Source: a virus (Duplodnaviria; Caudoviricetes). From it: a stretch of DNA of 64,000 nucleotides. Positions within the stretch are counted from its first letter, which is position 1; each line of letters starts with the position of its first letter. Below are positions 11,765-22,595 of this stretch, in pieces. The notes under the pieces are model-generated. The model saw only the letters and a list, made by a program, of their open reading frames with translations, was not told where the DNA came from and did not search any database. A program made the position numbers and the translations under genes. The stretch covers positions 32,001 to 96,000 of the IMG/VR virus record IMGVR_UViG_3300020577_007160. One strand, written 5' to 3'.

Positions 11765-13683
11765 TGAAATTTAATTCTGGTTGAACCAATTCAATTGAAA
11801 TAATATTAGAAATTAAAGTTGAACGCTTCGTTCTAGTATTGTCTTGCTTCAATCGGTAACAACGATATGAAAACTTCTTATCATCCCAATCAATATCTGG
11901 AGACTCAATTATAAATTGCTCTGTTATTTCTGGTCTATTTCTACCTATTTTATAAGTTATTTTTACCCAGTCACCTTTCTTATAAGGTGCAGATTTAATA
12001 ACATCTTTTCTTATAATATCTTTAATTGAAGATAATGTTCCTATTTTTTCTTCAACAGAAAGATTTTTAATTTCATCAAGTAAATTCATTTCAACTCCAA
12101 GTAATAGTTTATGATTGCCTATATAACGCCTAAATTCAAGGAATCAAATCTGTTTAAAAATTTTTCAGCAAATTCAATATTTTCAGAAGACTCTAATTCT
12201 CTGTGATTTAAAATATCTTTACAAATCTCTGAACCAATTTTTAGATAAGATGGATGACTATTTTCATCAAATTTATAAATTGGTGAATACTCACAAATTG
12301 GATAATAAGGCTCATAACTTTTTAAAGATTCTTTAATTAATTTTGGATTCTTTAATCTATATTGATTGAGAGGCATACCAAATAAACTAATTTCTTTTTC
12401 TATTTTCTTCCGTTCCTCTTCTTTTTTAAATTGTTCAATATAGTCAAAAGATATGTTAACAGCAGATGCCACTTCAGGGGTATTCACGATATTTAATAGT
12501 TTCTTTTCTATCTTAAAATTTAAGATAGAATTTTTCCAATCTCCATAAATTTCCTTATTGATACCCCTTGCAACTCTTTCATAAATAAAACCATCTTTAT
12601 ATTCATACCCAGTACCAATAGTACAAAGGATATGATCCGCAATTCTACGCTTTTCTGATCCTATAAAATTATAATCTTTCAATAAAAATATTTCTTCCCA
12701 TTCCTCCCATGTCTTATTTTTCTTTAACTCTTTTGTTTCAAGAACGGAAGAAAATTGAAGTGATAACAAACTTGAACCAAAAAGAATCTTATAAAAATCA
12801 GACATGGGTAATATTTCAATCTTATTCGTAATATGAATACCAAAAGCACCATAAATCAAATTATCTTTTTCTAGATCCCCAGAATAACAACACTCAACTT
12901 TATCTAAAAAATTGTCTTCACAATACCCATATTTTTGTATTATTCCTTGATATCCATAACACAGTCTTCCGACTTGATAAAGAAAATCAAAAGAAAACAA
13001 TAACTTTGCTAATTGAGGTAAATTTTCTGATAAAGTTAAATACTTAGTATTTAATTTTACTAAATTTAAAATTTTATTCGTTACTTTGATTTCAAAATTA
13101 AACCTCATAGATTATACTGTTCCAATTTTGATATCCAAATTTTAACAAATTCCTTAAATCTGGTCTTATCAGAAGGTACTTCAATTACTGGAGGAAAATC
13201 ATCTGGTAAATCAAAAAACAACTTTGATAATGCCAGAGAAAGTTTTCCAGAAGAAAACAATGTTATTGCTTCAAACTTCGAAGCTATTGGTGCAAGGAAC
13301 AAGTAAGGCATGACGTCTAAGGTATAATTAAACCGATATCGGACTGCCATGAGGCAACCAACGAGATCAACGCAGCAGCAACGATTTAAAGGGGAAACAG
13401 AATGAAACGATGATAATGTAAACTCATAATGGTCATCATTTTCTAACTCCTCAAAACAAATCAAGGATTCTCTTAATAAAAGAGATAACTTTTTAGGGAA
13501 AAAATCAGGATATAATGAATACTGAATATCACTTTCAAATTTTCTAAAATTTTTTGGATTTAATCGCCTTCTTGAAATATCTTTTGATAAAGATTGAATC
13601 AATAAAGAATGTTCGGATATTTCCTTTGGGAATAATTCCATTGCCCTATCAGGCTTTAACTTTGCTGCTTTTTCTCTATTCAT
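11757..13683 (-). other. Three hypothetical genes (11757..12089, 12119..13108, 13105..13683)
   Basis: Long open frames in operon orientation. Confidence 0.65.
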
Positions 13684-13713
13684 AAATCCTCTGAGTATTA
13701 AATATACTCAAAA

Positions 13714-13766
13714 GAACGTTCCAAATTGATTAAAATAAAAAGGTCTACCCAAGAAGATAGACCTTT
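13714..13766 (-). promoter_or_regulatory. Terminator (13739-13766) plus motif A (13714-13735)
   Basis: aaaggtcta...tagaccttt; GAACGT-N11-TAAAA. Confidence 0.7.
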
Positions 13767-13817
13767 ACAAATTAAATCACACAATTAATTATAACATCAA
13801 TGATATCCTTTGAAAAC

Positions 13818-14114
13818 TTAATTTTTAGAAAATTCATAATTCATAACTGAATCTTCTTTCAATTTAATAATGAACTTCCTAAGTTCATTATTATCATTTT
13901 CATATTTAATATTTAACAAAGAAATTAAACCAGCGTAACGATTTTCAACATTCAATAAAACTTCTGAAATAATTTCTATGATTTGTGGAATACTATCTCT
14001 TGGTGCTGACAATTCTCCAGATAAAATAAAATCCTCCAATAAACTTTCGAGTTCATTTTTAAATGTTGGATTTTGACAGAATCTAGGAATTTCTATTGGC
14101 ATAAAAGTACTCAT
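13818..14114 (-). CDS. Hypothetical protein
   Basis: ORF track; operon context. Confidence 0.6.
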   Translation of the reverse strand: MSTFMPIEIPRFCQNPTFKNELESLLEDFILSGELSAPRDSIPQIIEIISEVLLNVENRYAGLISLLNIKYENDNNELRKFIIKLKEDSVMNYEFSKN

Positions 14115-14132
14115 ATATAATACTGTATAACC

Positions 14133-14696
14133 CTACTTTGAAAATAAAGTATTCCAAATCAACTCAACATTATTTTTCTGGTCTTCTAATGTGTTACTAG
14201 GCAACAAAGTCAATTTATGAGGATAATGTTCCTCTATATTGGAATACATTGTCCTACGACCTTTAAGGAACTTATCTGATTGATTATTATCGGATCTTGC
14301 TTCTCGTCTTGAATTCAAGACATCGTCATCGACTTTTAAAATAAACAAAGAATAATCAACATTCAAAGAATCAAGAGTCTCAAAAAAATTCTGCTTGAAA
14401 AATCTATCACCTTCAAACAAAATAGTATAATCCATGAAAACATTGTTTTCAACACAGAAATGTACTAATTCTTTTATTGATTTTATAGCAATCATAGAAA
14501 GACGATCTGTTCCAGAAAATAAAACACCATCTTCATAAATCCCTAGAACAATAATTCTGGGATCTAATGTTGGATACTTATATCCTCTAAGAAGATTAAA
14601 TTTAAAATCATAACCTGTTCCTAATTTTTCTAGGATAGATTTTACTATTCCAGATTTTCCGGTTCCAGGTTCTCCACCAATACATATGAATTTCAT
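14133..14696 (-). CDS. P-loop nucleotide kinase of the type linked to phage base-modification loci
   Basis: IGGEPGTGKS, LGIYEDG..FSGTDRLSM, LFEGDR, QSDKFLKGRRT. Confidence 0.7.
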   Translation of the reverse strand: MKFICIGGEPGTGKSGIVKSILEKLGTGYDFKFNLLRGYKYPTLDPRIIVLGIYEDGVLFSGTDRLSMIAIKSIKELVHFCVENNVFMDYTILFEGDRFFKQNFFETLDSLNVDYSLFILKVDDDVLNSRREARSDNNQSDKFLKGRRTMYSNIEEHYPHKLTLLPSNTLEDQKNNVELIWNTLFSK

Positions 14697-14730
14697 ATAT
14701 TACATATTAATGTTTTGTACATATTGATAA

Positions 14731-14783
14731 GAACGTAGGAACTTGATTAAAATGAAAATGTCCTATTTCAAATAGGACATTTT
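14731..14783 (-). promoter_or_regulatory. Terminator (14755-14783) plus motif A (14731-14752)
   Basis: aaaatgtcctattt-c-aaataggacatttt; GAACGT-N11-TAAAA. Confidence 0.75.
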
Positions 14784-14808
14784 ACAAAAACACTACCAAC
14801 AAAATAAA

Positions 14809-15348
14809 TCAAATTTTCTTATTATTCATTTTTCTACAATAAGAATATATTGTTTCCATGATATCTGGAATATCAGATTCCATCATTAAAGAATATCTTG
14901 GATATATAGTTCCTTCTATGGGGTCTGAAGTTAATCCTGTTCTCCAGATTGTTTTTCCTCCCATTTTCTTAATAACATTTTTTCCTGACCCAGAATAAGA
15001 ATCTGACCAAAGAATAGCAACGACAACACACTTTTCATCAGCTTTAATAGTTATCACTCTGTCCTTTGAATCTAAATAAGGATCTTCACCTTTCCAACCA
15101 GGATGAGGAACACCACCTTCTGGATAACGCATATGTTCACCATATGATTTCCGAAAAACAACATGTCCTCGCTTATTTCTAGCAGGAATTAAGTCATCAA
15201 CTTCATATCCCAATTCTAATATCTTTTTATAATAAATATTCTTCTTCACTAATAAGAATAATTGTTTTGAACTCATTATTGGTGAATCAGAAGATTCACC
15301 TAGAACACTTTCTTCTAATCTTGATATTCTTCTTTCGATTGAATTCAT
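14809..15348 (-). CDS. Leader-family protein (cassette cargo)
   Basis: N-terminus MNSIERRISRLEESVLGES; motif B upstream. Confidence 0.8.
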   Translation of the reverse strand: MNSIERRISRLEESVLGESSDSPIMSSKQLFLLVKKNIYYKKILELGYEVDDLIPARNKRGHVVFRKSYGEHMRYPEGGVPHPGWKGEDPYLDSKDRVITIKADEKCVVVAILWSDSYSGSGKNVIKKMGGKTIWRTGLTSDPIEGTIYPRYSLMMESDIPDIMETIYSYCRKMNNKKI

Positions 15349-15367
15349 TTGATTTTCCTTTTATTTT

Positions 15368-15400
15368 GTTGAATTGAAAACTATATAACTAATATATATA
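15368..15400 (-). promoter_or_regulatory. Motif B putative late promoter (AGTTATATAGTTTTCAATTCAAC on - strand)
   Basis: 23-bp sequence repeated upstream of leader-family genes. Confidence 0.7.
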
Positions 15401-15410
15401 CATTGTTGAT

Positions 15411-15683
15411 TCAGATCTCTTTATATCTTACCTTAAAAATTGAATCCTTGAAACCAATATATTCATTCATTCTAGTGCGAACTACCCAATCACCAATTTT
15501 GATTGAATAAACTCCATAAATATTAGAATTAGAATTTTGAATTCTCAATTCTGGAAAATTGGAATATACGAACGGCAACTTTCCGTGTTTTCGTTCCCAT
15601 TCTTGAAATATAAGAGTTTCACCATTCCACGGTAATGCTTCTACCTTTTCATTGGTTTCAATATCTAAATACATCATAATCAA
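15411..15683 (-). CDS. Hypothetical phage protein
   Basis: VEALPWNG...GDWVVR...FKVRY pattern common in small phage proteins. Confidence 0.65.
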   Translation of the reverse strand: MIMMYLDIETNEKVEALPWNGETLIFQEWERKHGKLPFVYSNFPELRIQNSNSNIYGVYSIKIGDWVVRTRMNEYIGFKDSIFKVRYKEI

Positions 15684-16564
15684 AATCCTTCGGTTGTGAA
15701 AATTGAATCAAAATCTTTTGAGAAAAATCCGGATGCACCAGGATGACCACCACCTTTATATTTCTTCGCAATAGCAGAACAGTCTAAATGCCTGAACGGA
15801 GAATATAAAGAAAACTTATAACCGTTCTCTCGACGACTATAAATAACACAATAATCTATTTCTTTGTCTTCAATATAATCAAATATCAGAGAATTACCAT
15901 CTGATGTATTAATAAAAACACAAGTATTATCAATATCTTTAAATTTACCTTTAAAAGCATTCTTAGCTAAAGTTTCATATCCTCTTCTTATATATTCCCA
16001 TATGTAACTACCTACAGAACCAAACTCTTGGGAAACGATCTCAATTTGACGCTCTAATGAAATCTTTTCATAGAAATAATTTATATCATAAGGAGAAGTA
16101 AAAAAGAATCTACATCCATATTGAACAGGTAATATTATATTTTCCCATAATTCTTTCTCTGAATTTTTCCAAGTATCATACTTGGCAATGCATTGAATTA
16201 AGAATGGTACTTCTATTTCTGAGAAAAAATGTTCCCATGTTAATTCACAACCAGATTTCTTTAAATTAAGAACAGTCTTAACATATTTCAAATATTTAAA
16301 ATTCTCGATATTACTATTAAACTCTTCAATAGCGGATTTATGATGATCTATCCATATAGTTTGTAAATAAGAATTAAAACATATCTTGTCGAGAATATCC
16401 ACTGGAAAAGAAACATCACAAATAACAACAGGCTTATTTGGTTCTAATTCGGGTACTGGTTCTCCATAATCATAGGGTATTAAAATAGTCTCTGGATTAA
16501 AATAACGAACTATTGCACCAGAGAATAAACCGTCAAGATCTTTAGAATGATAAATGCAATACAT
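15680..16564 (-). CDS. DHH/DHHA1 phosphoesterase
   Basis: YHSKDLDG, ICDVS, WIDHH, GGGHPGASGF. Confidence 0.9.
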   Translation of the reverse strand: MYCIYHSKDLDGLFSGAIVRYFNPETILIPYDYGEPVPELEPNKPVVICDVSFPVDILDKICFNSYLQTIWIDHHKSAIEEFNSNIENFKYLKYVKTVLNLKKSGCELTWEHFFSEIEVPFLIQCIAKYDTWKNSEKELWENIILPVQYGCRFFFTSPYDINYFYEKISLERQIEIVSQEFGSVGSYIWEYIRRGYETLAKNAFKGKFKDIDNTCVFINTSDGNSLIFDYIEDKEIDYCVIYSRRENGYKFSLYSPFRHLDCSAIAKKYKGGGHPGASGFFSKDFDSIFTTEGF

Positions 16565-16595
16565 AATTTTAAAGTAAAATAAAAGGAAATAGAAC

Positions 16596-17055
16596 TTATA
16601 TCTCTATTTCCTTTGAAGAATCTTTTAAAAAATCATCTGCGAAATAAATTGGATAAAATCTTCCTATCAAAACACCCCATGCACCCCATATTCTATCAAA
16701 TATATTAAAATCAAGAAATCTTGGTTTTTTTATAAATGGAGTTCCGTTGTATTGGAAGGATTCAGATACAAGCGTAAGATCATCTAATAAATACGCATGC
16801 TTATATTTTCTTTTCATTTATTATCAATAAATTATAATCTACTCAACCAAGAGCATTTAATGCATTTTCGATAGCAACTGCTTGTTCTCTTGTAGCAAAA
16901 AATGTTAATACAATATTCCCTGTCAATCTATCTCTTGAAGCAGATGCCTTTGTTGCTCCATTGGCAACAGCAACTTGGAGAAATTTAGAATAATTTTGTT
17001 TACCAAAATTAAACTCAATTATGTTGGGAATATTTATATAATGTTTTCGAGACAT
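16596..17055 (-). other. Two small hypothetical genes (16596..16817, 16843..17055)
   Basis: ORF track. Confidence 0.6.
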
Positions 17056-17066
17056 TTAAAATGTTC

Positions 17067-17459
17067 CTACCAATTTCTGTGAGTCATATCTGCATCCGCA
17101 GGTTCTAATTCAGAAGCATCAATAGGAAAAGTTTTAGACCCAATTTTTACAATGGGACTTCCACTTTTATGGAAACTAACAATTTTTCCTCGATCACCAG
17201 TATCATGGATTATAACCTCATCCCCTAATTCAAATTCATAGCCATCATCTGGCCAATCATTTGAGGATTCTCTTATACCAATCTTTCTTTCGAGATTTGA
17301 AATCCTCTTTTCTAAGAGAGAATTATTAGAAGGAAGTTCCTGTTCAATATCTCGCAAAAATTCTGATACATCTAACATTTTAATTCCTTTTATTTGATTT
17401 AATAAAAGGGGATTAAAACTTGTTAAAAATTCTAATCCCCTGCAAAGAACGATTTTCAA
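17067..17459 (-). CDS. Leader-family protein with SH3/KOW-like C-terminus (true start probably MLDVSEF)
   Basis: SLLEKRISNLERKIGIRES followed by FELGDEVII..TGDRGKIV. Confidence 0.65.
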   Translation of the reverse strand: MKIVLCRGLEFLTSFNPLLLNQIKGIKMLDVSEFLRDIEQELPSNNSLLEKRISNLERKIGIRESSNDWPDDGYEFELGDEVIIHDTGDRGKIVSFHKSGSPIVKIGSKTFPIDASELEPADADMTHRNW

Positions 17460-17470
17460 TACTATTAAAT

Positions 17471-18334
17471 TTAAACTATCTGGAGTTCAAATTGTCCCTT
17501 TTCCGCTAACATAAGTAGCAGAGTATATTTACCTGCAAGACGTTCGATCGTTGTTCCTCCAGCGGACAAACTACCAGAGAACTGCAGGTTCAACGTCTTA
17601 CCATTGTCAGGAGAAGAGAACACAAGGTAACCTGCTTGCGTAGTAGCTGTTGATGTTATCTTAACAGACTTTACACCAGATAATTCCAAGTCCTTTTCAG
17701 CTAAAAGAATAGCTGTAGAATTTTCTAATGAATGTTTATACGTAGCAGTCATGGCTGCAGCGTTGTCAGGTGCTGAAGAAAATTGAATGACAATTTGTCC
17801 GGTTTTATAATCTATAAAACCGTAAGTGGTATTCGCTGATGTTAAATTACCATTCCCATCGTCAGTAACATTATGACCAGATGATGAAAAATTAATTGTC
17901 AATGTTACTGTTCCAGGAACAATATTTCCATAGGCAGTAGCACCTTGATATTTTGTTATTCCTGTTGCACCCGTAATGCCTGTTGTGCCAGAAGTTACTT
18001 GCGTAGGTGTTGTGAAATAATAACGATATGCTGCATTGATGGCACTGGAATTGTCAGGTGCAGTAGTGCAGGTCAGCGTCCAAGCACCTGTGACGTAGTT
18101 AAGAGTTCCTGTTACTCCTGTTCCTGTCAAAACGCCTTTACCATCGTCAGTAATTGGTACTGACGCAGCAGAAACAACTACGGTAAATGTAACAGAACCA
18201 GGAACTAACAAAGTATTAGTTGTTGTTCCTGAGAACGCTTTTAATGTGCCATTAGCTGCTGATCCGGGATTTGCCGTTGCAGCAGCTTTCGTGCGAGAAG
18301 TACCAAATGTACGTGTTGAGAATGAGTTTTCCAT
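17471..18334 (-). CDS. Virion structural protein with two beta-rich repeats (paralog of 50793 and 52363)
   Basis: Two copies of VPG.VT..TDDG.G.L..G.I.Y.TG..L.F..APDN; Thr/Gly/Ala-rich. Confidence 0.7.
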   Translation of the reverse strand: MENSFSTRTFGTSRTKAAATANPGSAANGTLKAFSGTTTNTLLVPGSVTFTVVVSAASVPITDDGKGVLTGTGVTGTLNYVTGAWTLTCTTAPDNSSAINAAYRYYFTTPTQVTSGTTGITGATGITKYQGATAYGNIVPGTVTLTINFSSSGHNVTDDGNGNLTSANTTYGFIDYKTGQIVIQFSSAPDNAAAMTATYKHSLENSTAILLAEKDLELSGVKSVKITSTATTQAGYLVFSSPDNGKTLNLQFSGSLSAGGTTIERLAGKYTLLLMLAEKGQFELQIV

Positions 18335-18354
18335 TTTTCCTCTAATCTAAATTA

Positions 18355-18870
18355 TTAAGTTATTAATTCTGTTAATACTTTTTGAACTTTTAAACGACCT
18401 TCTTTACTCAAAATGTTATCTGAATTTATTTCGAGATCAGGTCTTAACTGGTTGTCAGTATGGAATAATTTCTGGGTTATTTTCTCAACAAAAAGTCCAT
18501 TGTTATTATCAAAAAATAATTTCATATTTGGATTTGAAGCAATATTTGTTAACTGATTAAGTATCGCTGTTATATTATAACTTATAGTATTTTGATATCT
18601 TTCAAAATCTTCAGTCGAAAGATTCTCAATAATTAAATTGTCATAAAAATGATTTTCAATTTCTTCCATTTTATCCAACATTTTAGATAAACGAGATATC
18701 TGACGATAAACAACTAGGGATAAAAACCCTGAAAAATTTGTCTTAAAATCATGAACGAGTAATTTGATAGTATCAAGATCTTCCCGTGATAACTCACGAT
18801 TATTAATATAATTATTGGCTGTTTTTAATTCCAGCGTCTTTGATGATCCTTTGTTGATTAAATCACTCAT
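18355..18870 (-). CDS. Helical hypothetical protein, similar to dUTPase N-terminal extension
   Basis: VHD...FL.L...I...L...EE.E pattern shared with 19240..20067. Confidence 0.55.
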   Translation of the reverse strand: MSDLINKGSSKTLELKTANNYINNRELSREDLDTIKLLVHDFKTNFSGFLSLVVYRQISRLSKMLDKMEEIENHFYDNLIIENLSTEDFERYQNTISYNITAILNQLTNIASNPNMKLFFDNNNGLFVEKITQKLFHTDNQLRPDLEINSDNILSKEGRLKVQKVLTELIT

Positions 18871-19147
18871 TTATAGACTCAAATCTAATATCTTTTTTCT
18901 TCATTATAAATTCTAATTTATTGGTATCTAATTCTGATAAAAATTCTTTAAGTAATAAAACTCCAGAATAACTCAGATGAAGTGTTGCGTTTAAATTGCG
19001 ATTATTATGACCTTTTTTAGCTAGAACAGCTATTCTAGCTCCGTCTTCATATTCAAGAACTTCCAGAGTTAATTTTGAATTTTCATTAAGATTTCTAGAA
19101 TCAAGAAATAATTGTTTTACAACCTTAACTGTTGTAGTATCAGACAT
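18863..19147 (-). CDS. Hypothetical protein
   Basis: ORF track; AGTTATAT core upstream. Confidence 0.6.
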   Translation of the reverse strand: MSDTTTVKVVKQLFLDSRNLNENSKLTLEVLEYEDGARIAVLAKKGHNNRNLNATLHLSYSGVLLLKEFLSELDTNKLEFIMKKKDIRFESINE

Positions 19148-19239
19148 GGGTAACTATCAATATTTAGAAATAGTTTACCCATATAACTCTATGGATTCTG
19201 CTACTGTAACAAATATTATCTAACCATAAATAAATTATT

Positions 19240-20067
19240 TTACTTGGTGCTTCCTAATCCACCCCTGATGGGCTTATCAATTTCTGATAATGAAATGGGA
19301 ATGAACTCAACAGACGGAGTATTTTTGATGAATCGCAACTGAGCTACCCTCATACCTGCCTGCAGGACAACACTTTCCCTATTGCCAAGATAAAGAAATA
19401 TAAATTTTATGAAGTCTTCTTTTCCACAATAATCCGAATCAATTATTCCTACACCAGTTGGCATGGTTACTCCAGCTTTAGCTAATGACGATCGAACTTG
19501 AATTTCAATATGAAATCCTGATGGTGGTTCTATGATCAATCCCGTATCAACTATCACTGGAGTATTTGGAAGAAGAATAACCTCTGTTGGAAGAAAAACA
19601 TCATAGCCATCTGAGAATGGGGTCATTCTCTTTGGCATTGGAGTCCCATACTTATTATAAATACGAGCAGATAAATACTTGGAATCCGTATCTTTAAGAT
19701 ACGTCTTTAATGTATCTTTATAATAAGAAGACTCTAATAAATCTTTCCCAATAGATTTTAATTCATCTAATGCTTTTTTGAATTCAGAATTCAAAGAACC
19801 AATATTCTCAACAAGAGAATCTACGTCATCCTTTTTATTCAAAATCTTTCGAACAGAAGTAGATTCTACTTCCTCTATTTGAGTAAGATGAGAAAGAATA
19901 GAATTTATTCTTTGATTCAATAATGCCAGAAATATGACATAATGACGTTGTGCTTTATCATGAACAACGTTCTCAAATAAAGTCTTTATTTTATTGTACT
20001 CTGGAGAACGCGACGTAAGACTCAGAATAAAATCTTCATCAATAGTCAATAAAGTTCCATTACTCAT
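19240..20067 (-). CDS. dut: Trimeric dUTPase with ~130-aa N-terminal extension
   Basis: SDGYDV, RSSLA, GIIDSDYCG, RVAQL, RGGLGST (motifs I-V). Confidence 0.9.
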   Translation of the reverse strand: MSNGTLLTIDEDFILSLTSRSPEYNKIKTLFENVVHDKAQRHYVIFLALLNQRINSILSHLTQIEEVESTSVRKILNKKDDVDSLVENIGSLNSEFKKALDELKSIGKDLLESSYYKDTLKTYLKDTDSKYLSARIYNKYGTPMPKRMTPFSDGYDVFLPTEVILLPNTPVIVDTGLIIEPPSGFHIEIQVRSSLAKAGVTMPTGVGIIDSDYCGKEDFIKFIFLYLGNRESVVLQAGMRVAQLRFIKNTPSVEFIPISLSEIDKPIRGGLGSTK

Positions 20068-21127
20068 TTAATAATTCCTTAACATTATCAGGTAAATTCT
20101 CAAATACAAAATCTAAGTTCTTCAAAGAACTGAATTTTCTTCTCAAATTATAGCGGAGATTTTCAGGAGAAACGTCTAAATTTTGAGAAACTTCCTCTAA
20201 CGTTTTTCCATTAACAAGATGAAGAAAAGAATCAATATACATCTGTGTTTTATTGAAATCTTTTATTCGAGGAAACGTGAGTTGTCTTCCCTCAAAAAGA
20301 AGAAAAACTTTTTTCATATTTTCAGAACCAAGAGTATGATATAATTCCATTATCCCTGGATACTTATCCTCCAAGGACATCACGTAAAGGAATTGACTAT
20401 CTAACATATAATTATTATCCTTATGAATACACTTATAGGGATCAGACTCTGGATCCAACGTAAATATTAAAGCACAACGTGCAATAGAGAACGCTTTTAA
20501 TTTCAATAAAATAATAGAAGAAACTTTAGGATCTAATTTTAAAGAAAGTAAATATTTATTTACTGCTCTGCTTTTGAACGTAGAAGAATCTAATAATGCT
20601 TCTACCATGAATGACGCTAATTGAAATAGTACTTCAGAGTTCTCGTGATATGAAGAAAAAACCCTAATATAATAAGAAAGCGTACCATGAGGATCAGTAT
20701 CTAATTCAAACTCCGATTGAATGAGTTCCTTGTCAACTTCCTCTAATGTTATTGTTTTCTTACAAAACTCAGAAACATAAAAAGACTGGATGCCAAGCAC
20801 CAGTCTCTTATCAAAATACGCATAAAGTTGTTTTACGTCTGGAAATTTTAATCTTCGGGATTCCAAATCTGTTATTAACATTGAATAACAATAAGAAAAT
20901 AAATCCTCGAATACTTCTTCTCCACCTTCATAATTGAACCGATTATTGGATCTAGAGAGGAAAGAATTAGCCAGTGGTATGGATAATACCTTTAATCTCG
21001 AGAATTCACTTTGGTTCTCAGTTTTACAATATTGGGTATAAACTGAATAAAAATCAGTTAAAAATTCATAGTCAACAGTTTGGGATTTCAGATTTTTTAT
21101 CTGAGTTTTTAACGTTGGTGCTGACAT
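20060..21127 (-). CDS. Putative transcription factor: sigma region-2-like N-terminus plus Mor-like/HTH C-terminus
   Basis: FEDLFSYCYSML...LYAYF; ELYHTLGSENMKKVFLLFEGRQLTFP...NGKTLEEVSQNLDVSPENLRY. Confidence 0.5.
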   Translation of the reverse strand: MSAPTLKTQIKNLKSQTVDYEFLTDFYSVYTQYCKTENQSEFSRLKVLSIPLANSFLSRSNNRFNYEGGEEVFEDLFSYCYSMLITDLESRRLKFPDVKQLYAYFDKRLVLGIQSFYVSEFCKKTITLEEVDKELIQSEFELDTDPHGTLSYYIRVFSSYHENSEVLFQLASFMVEALLDSSTFKSRAVNKYLLSLKLDPKVSSIILLKLKAFSIARCALIFTLDPESDPYKCIHKDNNYMLDSQFLYVMSLEDKYPGIMELYHTLGSENMKKVFLLFEGRQLTFPRIKDFNKTQMYIDSFLHLVNGKTLEEVSQNLDVSPENLRYNLRRKFSSLKNLDFVFENLPDNVKELLNE

Positions 21128-21151
21128 AATTTAAATAATAATCAGAATGTA

Positions 21152-22549
21152 TTATCGGTCTAACCTTAATCTCTTGAATGTTGGAAATCTCAATGAACCA
21201 TCTTTTGTTTTTTCCTGAAATTCTACTTCACATAATTTCCCAATTATAGATTCCTTACAAGTATGAATGTAAGAAAAATATATTCTCTGAGAATCAGAAA
21301 AACCACTTCCAACATTGCAATTAGTTCCATCTGAAGATTCTATTGTCACTGCGCCAAGAAAAGAAGGAACATGGGAGAATAACTCCTCTGCAGATTCTTG
21401 GAGATTCAGTTCTAGTACTGCTTTTCTGCATTGGGCTAGGGTTGGCTGGGATGAATACTTCCCCGACCCTGCTACAACATCTACAATAGTAAAATCCTCA
21501 GTATAAAATTTCTTGACCTTCAACCAATTTGAAGATCGTTTCCCCTCGTAGGGGGAATCAAGATTTTTAATCACCAGACCTTCGAATCCATCCTCTATTG
21601 ATTTGTCTAGTAATTCCAATAAATGCTGATTAGACTGTATCTTTGTTCCAGTAACAATAACAATTCTATTATCTTTTTCTATATCCTCTAAAACTCGTTT
21701 TCGATCCTCTAATGGGATATTTGATTTTCCATTTAAGAAATCATAATGAAGAACTGAGTCAAAAATATAAAATTTTAATTTTGAAACATCGGAATGAACC
21801 TGCAAAGATTTTACTATTGATACGGTTGAATTCCAATCCCCCGCAAATAATTCCCCATCTAAAATATAATCCCGATTGAGAATTGGTTCTACTAACGGTA
21901 GAAACTGATTTAAATTTTCTTCTGGTAAATTTCTAAAATCTCGGGACAAAAATGTTATGGCATTATTATGTTTTATGCAACACGATCTCATGCCATCTAT
22001 TTTATATTCTGCTATCCAGTTTTCGTTTTCAAAATCTATGTTCATTTCTGGATTCCACGTTTCACAGGTCTGAACATCGTACTTTGGTTTTAATTCTGGA
22101 TAAACCTTACTGATAGTTCCAACGGATACACCAGTGACAAATTTCTTATCAAAAAATCTCTTATACCAAAATCTATAAGATTCATCAGGTAACGACTTAA
22201 GAAATTTTAATAAAACATCACGTGCCTCAAACCCTGTTATTTTTCTTGTAGATAACGTTTCTACAAAAGTAGAAAAACTTGTAAAAATTTCAGAATCATT
22301 TTTGAAAACATTTTCGGATTTAATATCTAAATCCTCTTCTCGAAAAGAAGAAGTAGTTACCCCAAGAGTAATTAAGTTATTAAATACAAAATGAGAAATC
22401 TGAATTAAAAACTGATTGGAAGAAATAGATTTTAAAAGTCTTATCTTTTCGTTTCTTCCTGAAACATTTTCAGCGGAAGTTAAAACAGATATAAATTCAG
22501 ATATTGAAGAAAAAGAATTATTCATAGTATAATCTAAAAGTAAAATCAA
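21152..22549 (-). CDS. lig: ATP-dependent DNA ligase
   Basis: EYKIDGMR, LDGELF, EGLVIK, WLKVK, VGSGFSD, LRFPTF. Confidence 0.95.
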   Translation of the reverse strand: MILLLDYTMNNSFSSISEFISVLTSAENVSGRNEKIRLLKSISSNQFLIQISHFVFNNLITLGVTTSSFREEDLDIKSENVFKNDSEIFTSFSTFVETLSTRKITGFEARDVLLKFLKSLPDESYRFWYKRFFDKKFVTGVSVGTISKVYPELKPKYDVQTCETWNPEMNIDFENENWIAEYKIDGMRSCCIKHNNAITFLSRDFRNLPEENLNQFLPLVEPILNRDYILDGELFAGDWNSTVSIVKSLQVHSDVSKLKFYIFDSVLHYDFLNGKSNIPLEDRKRVLEDIEKDNRIVIVTGTKIQSNQHLLELLDKSIEDGFEGLVIKNLDSPYEGKRSSNWLKVKKFYTEDFTIVDVVAGSGKYSSQPTLAQCRKAVLELNLQESAEELFSHVPSFLGAVTIESSDGTNCNVGSGFSDSQRIYFSYIHTCKESIIGKLCEVEFQEKTKDGSLRFPTFKRLRLDR

Positions 22550-22554
22550 AAATA

Positions 22555-22583
22555 AAGGGGATTCCTGAAAAGGAATCCCCTTT
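22555..22583 (-). terminator. Intrinsic terminator after sigma-like gene
   Basis: aaaggggattcc...ggaatccccttt. Confidence 0.75.
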
Positions 22584-22595
22584 TGAAGGGTATTA

